Source of the DNA: Squalus acanthias
Lineage: Eukaryota
Direction of reading: 5' to 3'
NCBI GenBank assembly: GCA_030390025.1
Contig: JASTWF010000123.1
Coordinates: 806,001-870,000 of the forward strand
DNA length: 64,000 nt
Numbering within the stretch: the first letter of the stretch is position 1; each line of letters starts with the position of its first letter. Both the position numbers and the translations under genes were made by a program. Below, piece by piece: positions 23,666-35,711 of the stretch. The notes beneath the pieces were generated by a model. It worked only from the letters and a program-made list of their open reading frames with translations. It did no database searches and was not told the DNA's origin.

Positions 23666-26105
23666 ATGAATAAAAACAGAAAATGCTGGAAATACTCAGC
23701 AGGTCAGGCAGCATCTGTGGAGAGAGAAACAGATTTAACGTTTCAGGTCAATGACCTTTCGTCAGAACTGGAAAATGTTAGAGATGTAACAGGTTTTAAG
23801 CAAGTACAGAGGCAGGGAAAGTGGGGAGGGGAGGAAAGAACAAAAGGGAAGGTCTGTGATAGGGTGGAAGGCAGGAGAGATTAAATAACAAAAGGTATGG
23901 TTGGACAAAGCAAAAGGAGATGGTAATGGGACAAGTAAAGAAACAAAAGATGGATCTAGAAGAGGTGTAAATGGGAATAGCAGAATCATCAACAGCTACC
24001 ATTTGAAAAAATGGGGCAGAGGTTATGACCTGAAATTGTTGAACTCGATGTTGAGTCCAGAAGGCTGTAAAGTGCCTAATTGAAAGATGAGGTGCTATTC
24101 GTTCATGGGATGTGGGCATCGCTGGCTCGGCCAGCATTTACTGCCCATCCCTAATTGCCTTTGAGTTACTTGCTAGGCTATTTCAGGGAGCAGTTAAGAG
24201 TCAACCACATTGCTGTGAGTCTGGAGTCACGTATAGGCCAGAAGATTTCCTTCCCTAAAGGACATTAGTGAACCAGATGGGTTTTTATGACAATCCGATA
24301 GTTTCATGGTCACCATTACTGATACTAGCTTTTTATTCCAGATTTATTTAATTAACTGAATTTAAATTCCACAGCTACCGTGGTGGGATTGGAACTCATG
24401 TCTCTGGATTATTAGTCTCGGCCTTGGGATTACTGGCCCAGTAACATAACCACTATGCTACCGTACCCGACGAGCTTCATTGGAACAGTGCAAGAGGCCG
24501 AGGACAGAGAGGTCAGAGTGGGAGTGGAGCGGAGAATTAAAGTGACAGGCGACTGGAAGCTCGGGGTCACCCTTACGGACTGAACGGAGATGTTCCGCAA
24601 AGCGGTCACCCAATCTGCGTTTGGTCTCCCCAATGTAGAGGAGATCGCATCGTGCGCAATGAATACAGTATACTAAATTGTAAGAAGTACAAGTAAATCG
24701 CTGTTTCACCTGGAAGGAGTGTTTGGGGCCCTGGACGTTGGGAAGGGAGAAGGTGAAGGGGCAGGTGTTGTATCTTCTGCGCTTGCATGTGAAAATGCCG
24801 TGGGAAGGGGAGAGGATATTAGGGGTGATTGAGGAGTGGACCAGGGTGTCGCGGAGGGAACGGTCCCTTCGGAATGCAGAAAGGGGAGGGGAGGGTAAGA
24901 TGTGTTTGGTGGTGGGATCACGCTGGAGGTGGCGGAAATGACGGAGGATGATCCATTGTAGAGGTTGGTGGGGTGGGAGGTGAGGGCAAAGGGATCCTAT
25001 TGTGGTTCTGGGAGGGAGGGGAAGGGGAGAGAGCAGAAGTGCAGGAAATGGAACAGACACGGTCGAGGGCCGTGTCAACCACGGTAAAGGGGAATCCTCG
25101 GTTGAGGAAAAAGGAAGACATATCGGAAGCACTAGTATGGAAGGAGGCATCGTCAGAACAGATGCGACAGAGACGGAGAAACTGGGAGAATGGAATAGAG
25201 TCCTTACAGGAAGCGGGGTGGGAGGAAGTGTAGTCCAGGTAGCTGTGGGAGTCAGTGGGCTTACAGTGGATGTTGGTTGATAGTCTATCCCCAGAAATGG
25301 AGACAGAGAAGTCGAGGAAGGGAAGGGGAGAGTCGGAGATGGACCATGTGAAGGTGAGGGAAGGGTGGAAATTGGAAGCAAAGTGAATGAAATTTTCTAG
25401 TTCAGGGCGAGAGCAGGAAATGGCACCGATACAGTCATCAATGTACCGGAAAAAGAGGTGAGGGAGGGGACCTGAGTAGGACTGTAACAAAGAATGTTCC
25501 ACATATCCGATGAAAAGGCAGGCATGGTTAGGGCCCATGTGGGTTCCCATAGCAACACCTTTAATTTGGAGGAAGTGAGTGGAGTCAAAGGAGAAGTTGT
25601 TCAATGTGAGAACAAGTTCAGCCAGGCGGAGGAGGGTGGTGGTGGATGGGGACTGGTTGGGCCTCTGCTCAAGGGAGAAGCGGAGCGCCCTCAGGCCATC
25701 CTGGTGGGAGATGGACGTCCGTAGTGAAAAGGAGATGGTTGGGGCCAGGAAACTGTTAAAGTGGCGGAGGGCGTTTGAAGAGTGGCGGATGTAGGTGGGA
25801 AGAGACTGGACAAGGTGAGAAAAAATAGAGTCGAGATTGGAGGAAATCTGTTTCGCGGGGCAAGAACAGGCGGAAACGATGGGTCTACCAGGGCAGTCCT
25901 GTTTGTGGATCTTGGGCAGGAGGGAGAAGCGGGCTGTGCGGGGTTTGGGGGATCTGTGAGGTTGGCGGCCGCGGAGGGAGGGTCTCCAGGGGAGATGAGG
26001 TCGGTGACAGTCTAGGAAACGGTGGCTTGATGTTCGGCGGTGATGGTCACGGCCCAGGGTTCGGTAGGAGGCGTCAGAGAGTTGGCGTTCAGCCTCCGCA
26101 AGGCA
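23666..26105 (-). mobile_element. Penelope-like element (RT plus GIY-YIG, degenerate) with terminal hammerhead at about 23733-23769
   Basis: LQIKGVAMGT..GP, FFRYIDD, LPFLD and YCIHCARCDLLYIGETKRRLGDRFAEH motifs. Minus-strand CTGACGA-aaggtcattgacct-GAAACGTT. Confidence 0.92.
24097..24468 (-). mobile_element. tRNA-derived DeuSINE (SacSINE1-like) inserted in the Penelope element
   Basis: Minus strand: A-box (tagcatagtgg), B-box-like gttccaatccc, Deu-core ccatctggttcactaatgtcctttagggaaggaaatct, and a 3' tail matching the LINE end at 4445-4512. Confidence 0.8.
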
Positions 26106-26174
26106 GAGGACTGTTTCTGTTTCTGTCTATTCTACTGAATTCTACCATTCGGCAGTGCCAGCAAAGAAGAAGCC

Positions 26175-27112
26175 GCTTGTGGTAAAGGGGCCTTTAGGGA
26201 CAAGTGACCATAATATGATTGAATTTTACATTAAGTTTGAGAGTGATGTAGCAATCTGAAACTAAGGTCTTCAATCTAAACAGCGGAAACTACAAGGGTA
26301 TGAGGGACAAGTTGGCCATGGTAGATTGGGAGACTACACTAAAAGGTATGAAGGTGGACATACAATGGCTAACATTCAAGGAACTAATGCATAATTTGCA
26401 ACAAACATATATTCCTCCAGGGCATAAAAACCCAAAAGGAAAAGTGATCCAACCATGGCTAACAAAAGAAATTAAAGCTAGTATTAAGTCAAAGGAGGAA
26501 GCTTATAAAGTTGCCAGAAAAAGCGGTCAACCTGAGGATTGGGATCTTTTTAGAAATCAGCAAAGGGGGAACCAAGAAATTGATAAAGAAAGGGAAAATG
26601 GAATATGAGCACAAACTAGCGAAAAATATAAAAACGGATTGTAAAAGCTTCTATAGGTATGTGAAAAGGAAAAGACTGGCGAAGGTAAATGTAGGTCCTT
26701 TACAGTCAGAGACGGGAGAATTTATAATGGGGAATGAGGAAATGGCAGAGAAATTAAATAAATACTTTGTTTGTCTTCACGGAGGAAGACACAAAAAACC
26801 TCCCAGAAATACGAGAAAACCAAGGGTGTGGCGAGAATGAGGAACTTAAAGAAATGATTATTAGTAAAAAAACAGTACTAGCAAAATTAATGGGACTAAA
26901 AGTCGACAAATCCCAAGGACCGGATGACCTACATCCTCGGGTTTTGAAAGAGGTGGCCATTGGAATAGTGGACGCATTGGTTGTCATCTTCCAAAATTCT
27001 ATAGATTCTGGAACGGTTCCTGCAGATTGGACGATAGCAAATGTAACCCCACTATTTAAGAAAGGAGGGAGAGAGAAAACTCCTGCTCCTATTTCTTATG
27101 TTCTTATGTTAT
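26175..27112 (+). mobile_element. CR1 LINE fragment with large internal deletion joining KKGGREK directly to the 3' tail
   Basis: SDHN...KSQGPDDLHPRVLKE...PLFKKGGREK is followed immediately by actcctgctcctatttcttatgttcttatg. Confidence 0.85.
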
Positions 27113-27170
27113 GATGACAGCAATCGGAAAAACGCAGTTTCAAACAAAACGAATGTGTTCGTGTTCTCAG

Positions 27171-27517
27171 TCCCCCTGGAAAGTCAAGTTCACACAAGTG
27201 GAACCACAGTAGGGGTTGGTGGAAACAAGAGATATTTGGTTGAGATTGGCGACAACATCCGAAGTGTTCATGTAGATCAAACGATCTCTGCTGGAGACGA
27301 ACCGAGACGTGACCTTGGACCACTTGATCATGAACTCATACATGAGTTTGACTCAGTTCAGACTTCAGTAACTGAAGCACCAGGTTCAAACAAGTCTGAG
27401 ATAGAAAACAGGATCATCTTTGAGTTCGGAAGCAAAACAAAACAGCCGGAAAACTGGTTCGACACCAAAAAAACCTTCCGTCAGGAGATCAGGAAGGCTC
27501 CGCAAACCTGTTATTAA
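27171..27517 (+). CDS. Candidate terminal coding exon of an unidentified gene (about 114 codons, ends ...KAPQTCY*)
   Basis: Non-repetitive ORF preceded by the acceptor gtgttcgtgttctcag. It is followed by a UTR-like stretch and AATAAA at 27779-27784. No family was recognised. Confidence 0.4.
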
Positions 27518-27827
27518 ACTGGATTTGTAGTTCATTCGAAAGAAAAAACAGCCAGGAGTTTTTGTTCGGTGGACATGTGGTGGGACCAGTTTTGTTGTAT
27601 TTGAGAGGGAAACACATTTTTTAAGTGGAAAGTGTGTAATGTATTGTCACACGGTTCAGTGTGGACATGCTCAGTTCGCTCTGGCCTCACAAGGCAAAGC
27701 ACAGGGAGGAGCAACTCATGGTGTCTCTGCCCTTCATTTGTTCCACCCACCCACATATATGACAGTGACCCCGACACCAATAAACAGTTCTTATATTTAC
27801 AGAAGAGGCCAGACCGGCAGGAAAGTT

Positions 27828-28260
27828 TAGACCCGCCCCCTTCGCTCCTCCTCGCCGCTGCTCCAATCACAGCGCCGCTTTTACAGCCGCCCTCACCGGC
27901 CGCTCGCCGCTGCTCCAATCACAGCGCCGCTTTCAGACCCGCCTTTTTCATCCGCTCGCGCTTCAGCGGTTGGGGTTTGAGCGCTCGACTAACCGCCCCG
28001 CCCCCACTCGGCGCTCGTGCTCACTGATCCGCCAATCACAACATCGCTTTCTTTCCCTCTCGGGCCGCTCGAGCTTCAGCGGTTGGGGTTTGAGCGCTCG
28101 ACTAACCGCCCCGCCCCCACTCGGCGCCCGTGCTCACTGATCCGCCAATCACAACATCGCTTTCTTTCCCTCTCGGGCCGCTCGCGCTTCAGCGGTTGGG
28201 GTTTGAGCTCCTCCCCCACCTCGCTCTCGCTGGCTGCTCCTCCAATCAAAGCTGTCTGCT
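27828..28260. promoter_or_regulatory. CpG-island promoter-like region with 5 CCAAT boxes and multiple GC boxes, built from 52-bp and 113-bp duplications
   Basis: CCAATCA at 27863, 27915, 28032, 28145 and 28242. Several CCGCCC motifs. 113-bp units start at 27952, 28065 and 28178. CpG is dense. Confidence 0.55.
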
Positions 28261-28756
28261 TTGGTCCACATCGGTTGTTTCCCCCTCCATATACTTGGGG
28301 CAGGATGACAATATTTGTGTCAGGATCAAAACCTTTAATGAGCCCTGGGAATCAGCTCTTCCAGTTGAAGATTGCGCTGATGTTCAGCACACAGTGTCTA
28401 TCTGACTGGACCGTGTCTTTAATTGTCTTGAGATGTTCTCTGTTTCTCTCCCCTTCCTTTTGAACAAGATGGTGAGCAACTTCCTTTCAAAAATAATGAT
28501 GGACTGGGGCTGCTCACGTTGAAGCTTGTCCCAGTATATAATCAATGATTTGTAAACCTAGCTTTAATTTGCAGCGTATGTAGTCAATGATTTGTAAACC
28601 CAGGTTTAATCTGCACTATGTTGACGTTAAATATTCCATTTTTTGTGAACTGCTCAGCCCTGCCTTACATTAATGACCAAGTTGTGATGTTTAACAGTCC
28701 CTGGTGGTCGGCACTCTCCCATCATAAAACCTCAGAGGGTCAGGAGAATACCCCTT

Positions 28757-31700
28757 AAGAGACTCAGATCAAACTGTCAGGACGGAGAGTGAAGAGACTC
28801 AGATCAAACTGTCAGGACGGAGAGTGAAGAGACTCAGATCAAACTGTCACAGGACGGAGAGTGAAGAGACTCAGATCAAACTGTCAGGACGGAGAGTGAA
28901 GAGACTCAGATCAAACTGTCAGGACGGAGAGTGAAGAGACTCAGATCAAACTGTCACAGGACGGAGAGTGAAGAGACTCAGATCAAACTGTCAGGACGGA
29001 GAGTGAAGAGACTCAGATCAAACTGTCACAGGACGGAGAGTGAAGAGACTCAGATCAAACTGTCAGGACGGAGAGTGAAGAGACTCAGATCAAACTGTCA
29101 GGACGGAGAGTGAAGAGACTCAGATCAAACTGTCAGGACGGAGAGTGAGGAGACTCAGATCAAACTGTCAGGACGGAGAGTGAAGAGACTCAGATCAAAC
29201 TGTCACAGGACGGAGAGTGAGGAGACTCAGATCAAACTGTCAGGACGGAGAGTGAGGAGACTCAGATCAAACTGTCAGGACGGAGAGTGAAGAGACTCAG
29301 ATCAAACTGTCACAGGACGGAGTGAGGAGACTCAGATCAAACTGTCAGGACGGAGAGTGAGGAGACTCAGATCAAACTGTCACAGGACGGAGAGTGAGGA
29401 GACTCAGATCAAACTGTCACAGGACGGAGTGAAGAGACTCAGATCAAACTGTCACAGGACGGAGAGTGAGGAGACTCAGATCAAACTGTCACAGGACGGA
29501 GAGTGAAGAGACTCAGATCAAACTGTCAGGACGGAGAGTGAGGAGACTCAGATCAAACTGTCAGGACGGAGAGTGAAGAGACTCAGTTCAAACTGTCACA
29601 GGACGGAGTGAGGAGACTCAGATCAAACTGTCAGGACGGAGAGTGAGGAGACTCAGATCAAACTGTCAGGACGGAGAGTGAAGAGACTCAGATCAAACTG
29701 TCACAGGACGGAGAGTGAAGAGACTCAGATCAAACTGTCAGGACGGAGAGTGAAGAGACTCAGATCAAACTGTCAGGACGGAGAGTGAAGAGACTCAGAT
29801 CAAACTGTCAGGACGGAGAGTGAAGAGACTCAGATCAAACTGTCAGGACGGAGAGTGAAGAGACTCAGATCAAACTGTCACAGGACGGAGAGTGAAGAGA
29901 CTCAGATCAAACTGTCACAGGACGGAGAGTGAAGAGACTCAGATCAAACTGTCACAGGACGGAGAGTGAAGAGACTCAGATCAAACTGTCAGGACGGAGA
30001 GTGAAGAGACTCAGATCAAACTGTCAGGACGGAGAGTGAAGAGACTCAGATCAAACTGTCAGGACGGAGAGTGAAGAGACTCAGATCAAACTGTCAGGAC
30101 GGAGAGTGAAGAGACTCAGATCAAACTGTCAGGACGGAGAGTGAAGAGACTCAGATCAAACTGTCACAGGACGGAGAGTGAAGAGACTCAGATCAAACTG
30201 TCACAGGACGGAGAGTGAAGAGACTCAGATCAAACTGTCACAGGACGGAGAGTGAAGAGACTCAGATCAAACTGTCAGGACGGAGAGTGAAGAGACTCAG
30301 ATCAAACTGTCAGGACGGAGTGAAGAGACTCAGATCAAACTGTCAGGACGGAGTGAAGAGACTCAGATCAAACTGTCAGGACGGAGAGTGAGGAGACTCA
30401 GCTTAAACTGTCACAGCACGGAGAGTGAAGAGACTCAGATCAAACTGTCAGGACGGAGTGAAGAGACTCAGATCAAACTGTCACAGGACGGAGATGAAGA
30501 GACTCAGATCAAACTGTCAGGACGGAGAGTGAAGAGACTCAGATCAAACTGTCACAGGACGGAGAGTGAAGAGACTCAGATCAAACTGTCAGGACGGAGT
30601 GAAGAGACTCAGATCAAACTCTCAGGACGGAGTGAAGAGACTCAGATCAAACTCTCAGGACGGAGAGTGAGGAGACTCAGATTAAACTGTCACAGGACGG
30701 AGAGTGAAGAGACTCAGATCAAACTGTCAGGACGGAGTGAAGAGACTCAGATCAAACTGTCACAGGACGGAGAGTGAAGAGACTCAGATCAAACTCTCAC
30801 AGGACGGAGAGTGAAGAGACTCAGATCAAACTGTCACAGGACGGAGAGTGAAGAGACTCTGATCAAACTGTCACAGGACGGAGAGTGAAGAGACTCAGAT
30901 CAAACTGTCACAGGATGGAGAGTGAAGAGACTCAGATCAAACTATCAGGACAGAGAGTGAAGAGACTCAGATCAAACTGTCACAGGACGGAGAGTGAAGA
31001 GACTCAGATCAAACTGTCACAGGACGGAGAGTGAAGAGACTCAGATCAAACTGTCACAGGACGGAGAGTGAAGAGACTCAGATCAAACTGTCAGGACGGA
31101 GAGTGAAGAGACTCAGATCAAACTGTCAGGACGGAGAGTGAAGAGACTCAGATCAAACTGTCAGGACGGAGAGTGAAGAGACTCAGATCAAACTGTCAGG
31201 ACGGAGAGTGAAGAGACTCAGATCAAACTGTCACAGGACGGAGAGTGAAGAGACTCAGACCAAACTGTCACAGGACGGAGAGTGAAGAGACTCAGATCAA
31301 ACTGTCACAGGACGGAGAGTGAAGAGACTCAGATCAAACTGTCACAGGACGGAGAGTGAAGAGACTCAGATCAAACTGTCAGGACGGAGAGTGAAGAGAC
31401 TCAGATCAAACTGTCAGGACGGAGTGAAGAGACTCAGATCAAACTGTCAGGACGGAGTGAAGAGACTCAGATCAAACTGTCAGGACGGAGAGTGAGGAGA
31501 CTCAGATTAAACTGTCACAGCACGGAGAGTGAAGAGACTCAGATCAAACTGTCAGGACGGAGTGAAGAGACTCAGATCAAACTGTCACAGGACGGAGATG
31601 AAGAGACTCAGATCAAACTGTCAGGACGGAGAGTGAAGAGACTCAGATCAAACTGTCACAGGACGGAGAGTGAAGAGACTCAGATCAAACTGTCAGGACG

Positions 31701-34668
31701 GAGTGAAGAGACTCAGATCAAACTGTCAGGACGGAGTGAAGAGACTCAGATCAAACTCTCAGGACGGAGAGTGAGGAGACTCAGATTAAACTGTCACAGC
31801 ACGGAGAGTGAAGAGACTCAGATCAAACTGTCAGGACGGAGTGAAGAGACTCAGATCAAACTGTCACAGGACGGAGAGTGAAGAGACTCAGATCAAACTC
31901 TCACAGGACGGAGAGTGAAGAGACTCAGATCAAACTGTCACAGGACGGAGAGTGAAGAGACTCAGATCAAACTGTCACAGGACGGAGAGTGAAGAGACTC
32001 AGATCAAACTGTCACAGGATGGAGAGTGAAGAGACTCAGATCAAACTATCAGGACGGAGAGTGAAGAGACTCAGATCAAACTGTCACAGGACGGAGAGTG
32101 AAGAGACTCAGATCAAACTGTCAGGACGGAGTGAAGAGACTCAGATCAAACTGTCAGGACGGAGAGTGAAGAGACTCAGATCAAACTGTCACAGGATGGA
32201 GAGTGAAGAGACTCAGATCAAACTGTCACAGGACGGAGAGTGAAGAGACTCAGATCAAACTGTCAGGACGGAGTGAGGAGACTCAGATCAAACTGTCAGG
32301 ACGGAGAGTGAAGAGACTCAGATCAAACTGTCAGGACGGAGAGTGAAGAGACTCAGATCAAACTGTCAGGACGGAGAGTGAGGAGACTCAGATCAAACTG
32401 TCAGGACGGAGAGTGAGGAGACTCAGATCAAACTGTCACAGGACGGAGAGTGAAGAGACTCAGATCAAACTGTCAGGACGGAGTGAAGAGACTCAGATCA
32501 AACTGTCAGGACGGAGAGTGAGGAGACTCAGATCAAACTGTCAGGACGGAGTGAAGAGACTCAGATCAAACTGTCAGGACGGAGTGAAGAGACTCAGATC
32601 AAACTGTCAGGACGGAGAGTGAAGAGACTCAGATCAAACTGTCACAGGACGGAGAGTGAAGAGACTCAGATCAAACTGTCACAGGACGGAGAGTGAAGAG
32701 ACTCAGATCAAACTGTCATAGGACGGAGAGTGAAGAGACTCAGATCAAATTGTCAGGACGGAGTGAAGAGACTCAGATCAAACTGTCAGGACGGAGAGTG
32801 AAGAGACTCAAATCAAACTGTCAGGACGGAGAGTGAAGAGACTCAGATCAAACTGTCAGGACGGAGAGTGAAGAGACTCAGATCAAACTGCCACAGGACG
32901 GAGTGAGGAGACTCAGATCAAACTGTCACAGGACGGAGAGTGAAGAGACTCAGATCAAACTGTCACAGGACGGAGAGTGAAGAGACTCAGATCAAACTGT
33001 CACAGGACGGAGTGAGGAGACTCAGATCAAACTGTCACAGGACGGAGAGTGAAGAGACTCAGATCAAACTGTCAGGACGGAGAGTGAAGAGACTCAGATC
33101 AAACTATCAGGACGGAGAGTGAAGAGACTCAGATCAAACTGTCAGGACGGAGAGTGAAGAGACTCAGATCAAACTGTCAGGACGGAGAGTGAAGAGACTC
33201 AGATCAAACTGTCACAGGACGGAGTGAAGAGACTCAGATCAAACTGTCACAGGACGGAGAGTGAAGAGACTCAGATCAAACTGTCACAGGACGGAGAGTG
33301 AAGAGACTCAGATCAAACTGTCAGGACGGAGAGCGAAGAGACTCAGATCAAACTGTCAGGACGGAGAGTGAAGAGACTCAGATCAAACTGTCACAGGACG
33401 GAGAGTGAAGAGACTCAGATCAAACTGTCAGGACGGAGAGTGAAGAGACTCAGATCAAACTGTCACAGGACGGAGAGTGAAGAGACTCAGATCAAACTGT
33501 CACAGGACGGAGAGTGAAGAGACTCAGATCAAACTGTCACAGGACGGAGAGTGAAGAGACTCAGATCAAACTGTCAGGACGGAGAGTGAAGAGACTCAGA
33601 TCAAACTGTCACAGGACGGAGAGTGAAGAGACTCAGATCAAACTGTCACAGGACGGAGAGTGAAGAGACTCAGATCAAACTGTCAGGACGGAGTGAAGAG
33701 ACTCAGATCAAACTGTCAGGACGGAGTGAAGAGACTCAGATCAAACTGTCAGGACGGAGTGAAGAGACTCAGATCAAACTGTCAGGACGGAGTGAAGAGA
33801 CTCAGATCAAACTGTCAGGACGGAGAGTGAAGAGACTCAGATCAAACTGTCAGGACGGAGAGTGAAGAGACTCAGATCAAACTGTCAGGACGGAGAGTGA
33901 AGAGACTCAGATCAAACTGCCACAGGACGGAGTGAGGAGACTCAGATCAAACTGTCACAGGACGGAGAGTGAAGAGACTCAGATCAAACTGTCACAGGAC
34001 GGAGAGTGAAGAGACTCAGATCAAACTGCCACAGGACGGAGTGAGGAGACTCAGATCAAACTGTCACAGGACAGAGAGTGAAGAGACTCAGATCAAACTG
34101 TCACAGGACGGAGAGTGAAGAGACTCAGATCAAACTGTCAGGACGGAGAGCGAAGAGACTCAGATCAAACTGTCAGGACGGAGAGTGAAGAGACTCAGAT
34201 CAAACTGTCACAGGACGGAGAGTGAAGAGACTCAGATCAAACTGTCAGGACGGAGAGTGAAGAGACTCAGATCAAACTGTCAGGACGGAGAGTGAAGAGA
34301 CTCAGATCAAACTGTCACAGGACGGAGAGTGAAGAGACTCAGATCAAACTGTCACAGGACGGAGAGTGAAGAGACTCAGATCAAACTGTCAGGACGGAGA
34401 GTGAAGAGACTCAGATCAAACTGTCACAGGACGGAGAGTGAAGAGACTCAGATCAAACTGTCACAGGACGGAGAGTGAAGAGACTCAGATCAAACTGTCA
34501 GGACGGAGTGAAGAGACTCAGATCAAACTGTCAGGACGGAGTGAAGAGACTCAGATCAAACTGTCAGGACGGAGTGAAGAGACTCAGATCAAACTGTCAG
34601 GACGGAGTGAAGAGACTCAGATCAAACTGTCAGGACGGAGTGAAGAGACTCAGATCAAACTGTCACAG
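28757..34668 (+). repeat. 5.9-kb minisatellite with 33/35/37-bp units (gtgaagagactcagatcaaactgtc[ac]aggacg[ga]ga)
   Basis: Read directly. Length variants come from two optional dinucleotides. Confidence 0.98.
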
Positions 34669-34731
34669 AAGTGTATTGTTTTAATTTAAATTAATTAAAG
34701 GGTAAATAATAAATTTAATTAATTACATAGA

Positions 34732-35673
34732 ATGGGAGAGCAGGTGATGTGTTACTGCTGCAATATGTGGGAGCTGGTGGACACCATTGATGTTCATGGT
34801 GATCACATTTGCAATAAGTGTTGGCTGCTCGAGAAACTCCGGCTCCGTATTGATGAGCTGGAGTCCGAGCTTCAAACACTGCGACACATCAGGGAGGGGG
34901 AGAGTTACCTGGACTCTGTGTTCCAGGAGGTACTCACACCAATTAGATTAACTAATTCAGATGTAGCCCGTGATCAGGGACAGGAGGGTGTGACTACGAG
35001 TGAGGCAGGTACGGGGATCCAGGAGGTAGTGTTGGAGGAGCCGCAGCCCTTGCTCTTGTCCAACAGGTTCGAGGCTCTTACTCCCTGTGAGGACGGGAGC
35101 AGGGACTGCAGGGAGGATGAGCAACCTGGCCACAGCACTGTGGTACGGGGAGCCATTCAAGTGGGGGGAGTAAAAAGAAAAGTTGTAGTGGTAGGGGATA
35201 GTATCATTAAGGGGATAGATAGGGTTCTTTGCAGCCAAGAGCGAGAGTCCCAAAGGCTATGTTGCCTGCCCGGTGCCAGGGTTAAGGACATCTCCTCTGG
35301 GCTGGAGAGAAACTTGGAGTGGGAGGGGGAAGATCCAGTTGTCGTGGTCCATGTTGGTACCAATGACATAGATAGGACAAGGAATGAGGTTCTGCTGAGG
35401 GAGTATGAGCAGCTAGGGGCCAAATTAAAAAACAGAATCTCTGGATTACTACCTGAGCCACGAGCAAATTTGGCTAGGGTAAATAAAATCAGAGAGTTAA
35501 ATGCGTGGCTCAAAGAATGGTGTGGGAGAAATGGGTTTTGCTTCCTGGGACACTGGCACCAGTACTGGGACAGGAGAGAGCTGTTCCGTTGGGACGGACT
35601 TCACTTGGCCAGTGCTGGGACTAGAGTCCTGGCAAATCGAATAACTAGGGCTGTAGAGAGGGCTTTAAACTAA
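34732..35673 (+). CDS. CR1 ORF1p: CxxC zinc finger, coiled coil and SGNH esterase
   Basis: CYCC...HICNKC, heptads, VVVVGDSII, HVGTND and DGLHL. It has a 15-nt in-frame deletion relative to copy B. Confidence 0.9.
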   Translation: MGEQVMCYCCNMWELVDTIDVHGDHICNKCWLLEKLRLRIDELESELQTLRHIREGESYLDSVFQEVLTPIRLTNSDVARDQGQEGVTTSEAGTGIQEVVLEEPQPLLLSNRFEALTPCEDGSRDCREDEQPGHSTVVRGAIQVGGVKRKVVVVGDSIIKGIDRVLCSQERESQRLCCLPGARVKDISSGLERNLEWEGEDPVVVVHVGTNDIDRTRNEVLLREYEQLGAKLKNRISGLLPEPRANLARVNKIRELNAWLKEWCGRNGFCFLGHWHQYWDRRELFRWDGLHLASAGTRVLANRITRAVERALN

Positions 35674-35711
35674 TTAGTGGGGGGGAGGTTTCAAGAGAGC
35701 AAAAAATAAAA

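Noticed and set aside
28290-28410. snRNA or C/D snoRNA downstream of the promoter-like region (atactt..., atga...ctga)
   Set aside because: It does not match U1 beyond 6 nt, and it has no proper RTGATGA box or terminal stem.
28757-34668. Satellite unit loosely resembles a hammerhead (tgaagag...aaactgtc)
   Set aside because: It lacks the C of CUGA and the G of GAAA, and has no helix I complementarity.
28931-34689. SEETQIKLSGR repeat ORFs and a CRISPR-like look
   Set aside because: This is a tandem satellite with no unique spacers, in a eukaryotic context. The ORFs arise from runs of 33-bp units and compensating 35/37-bp units.
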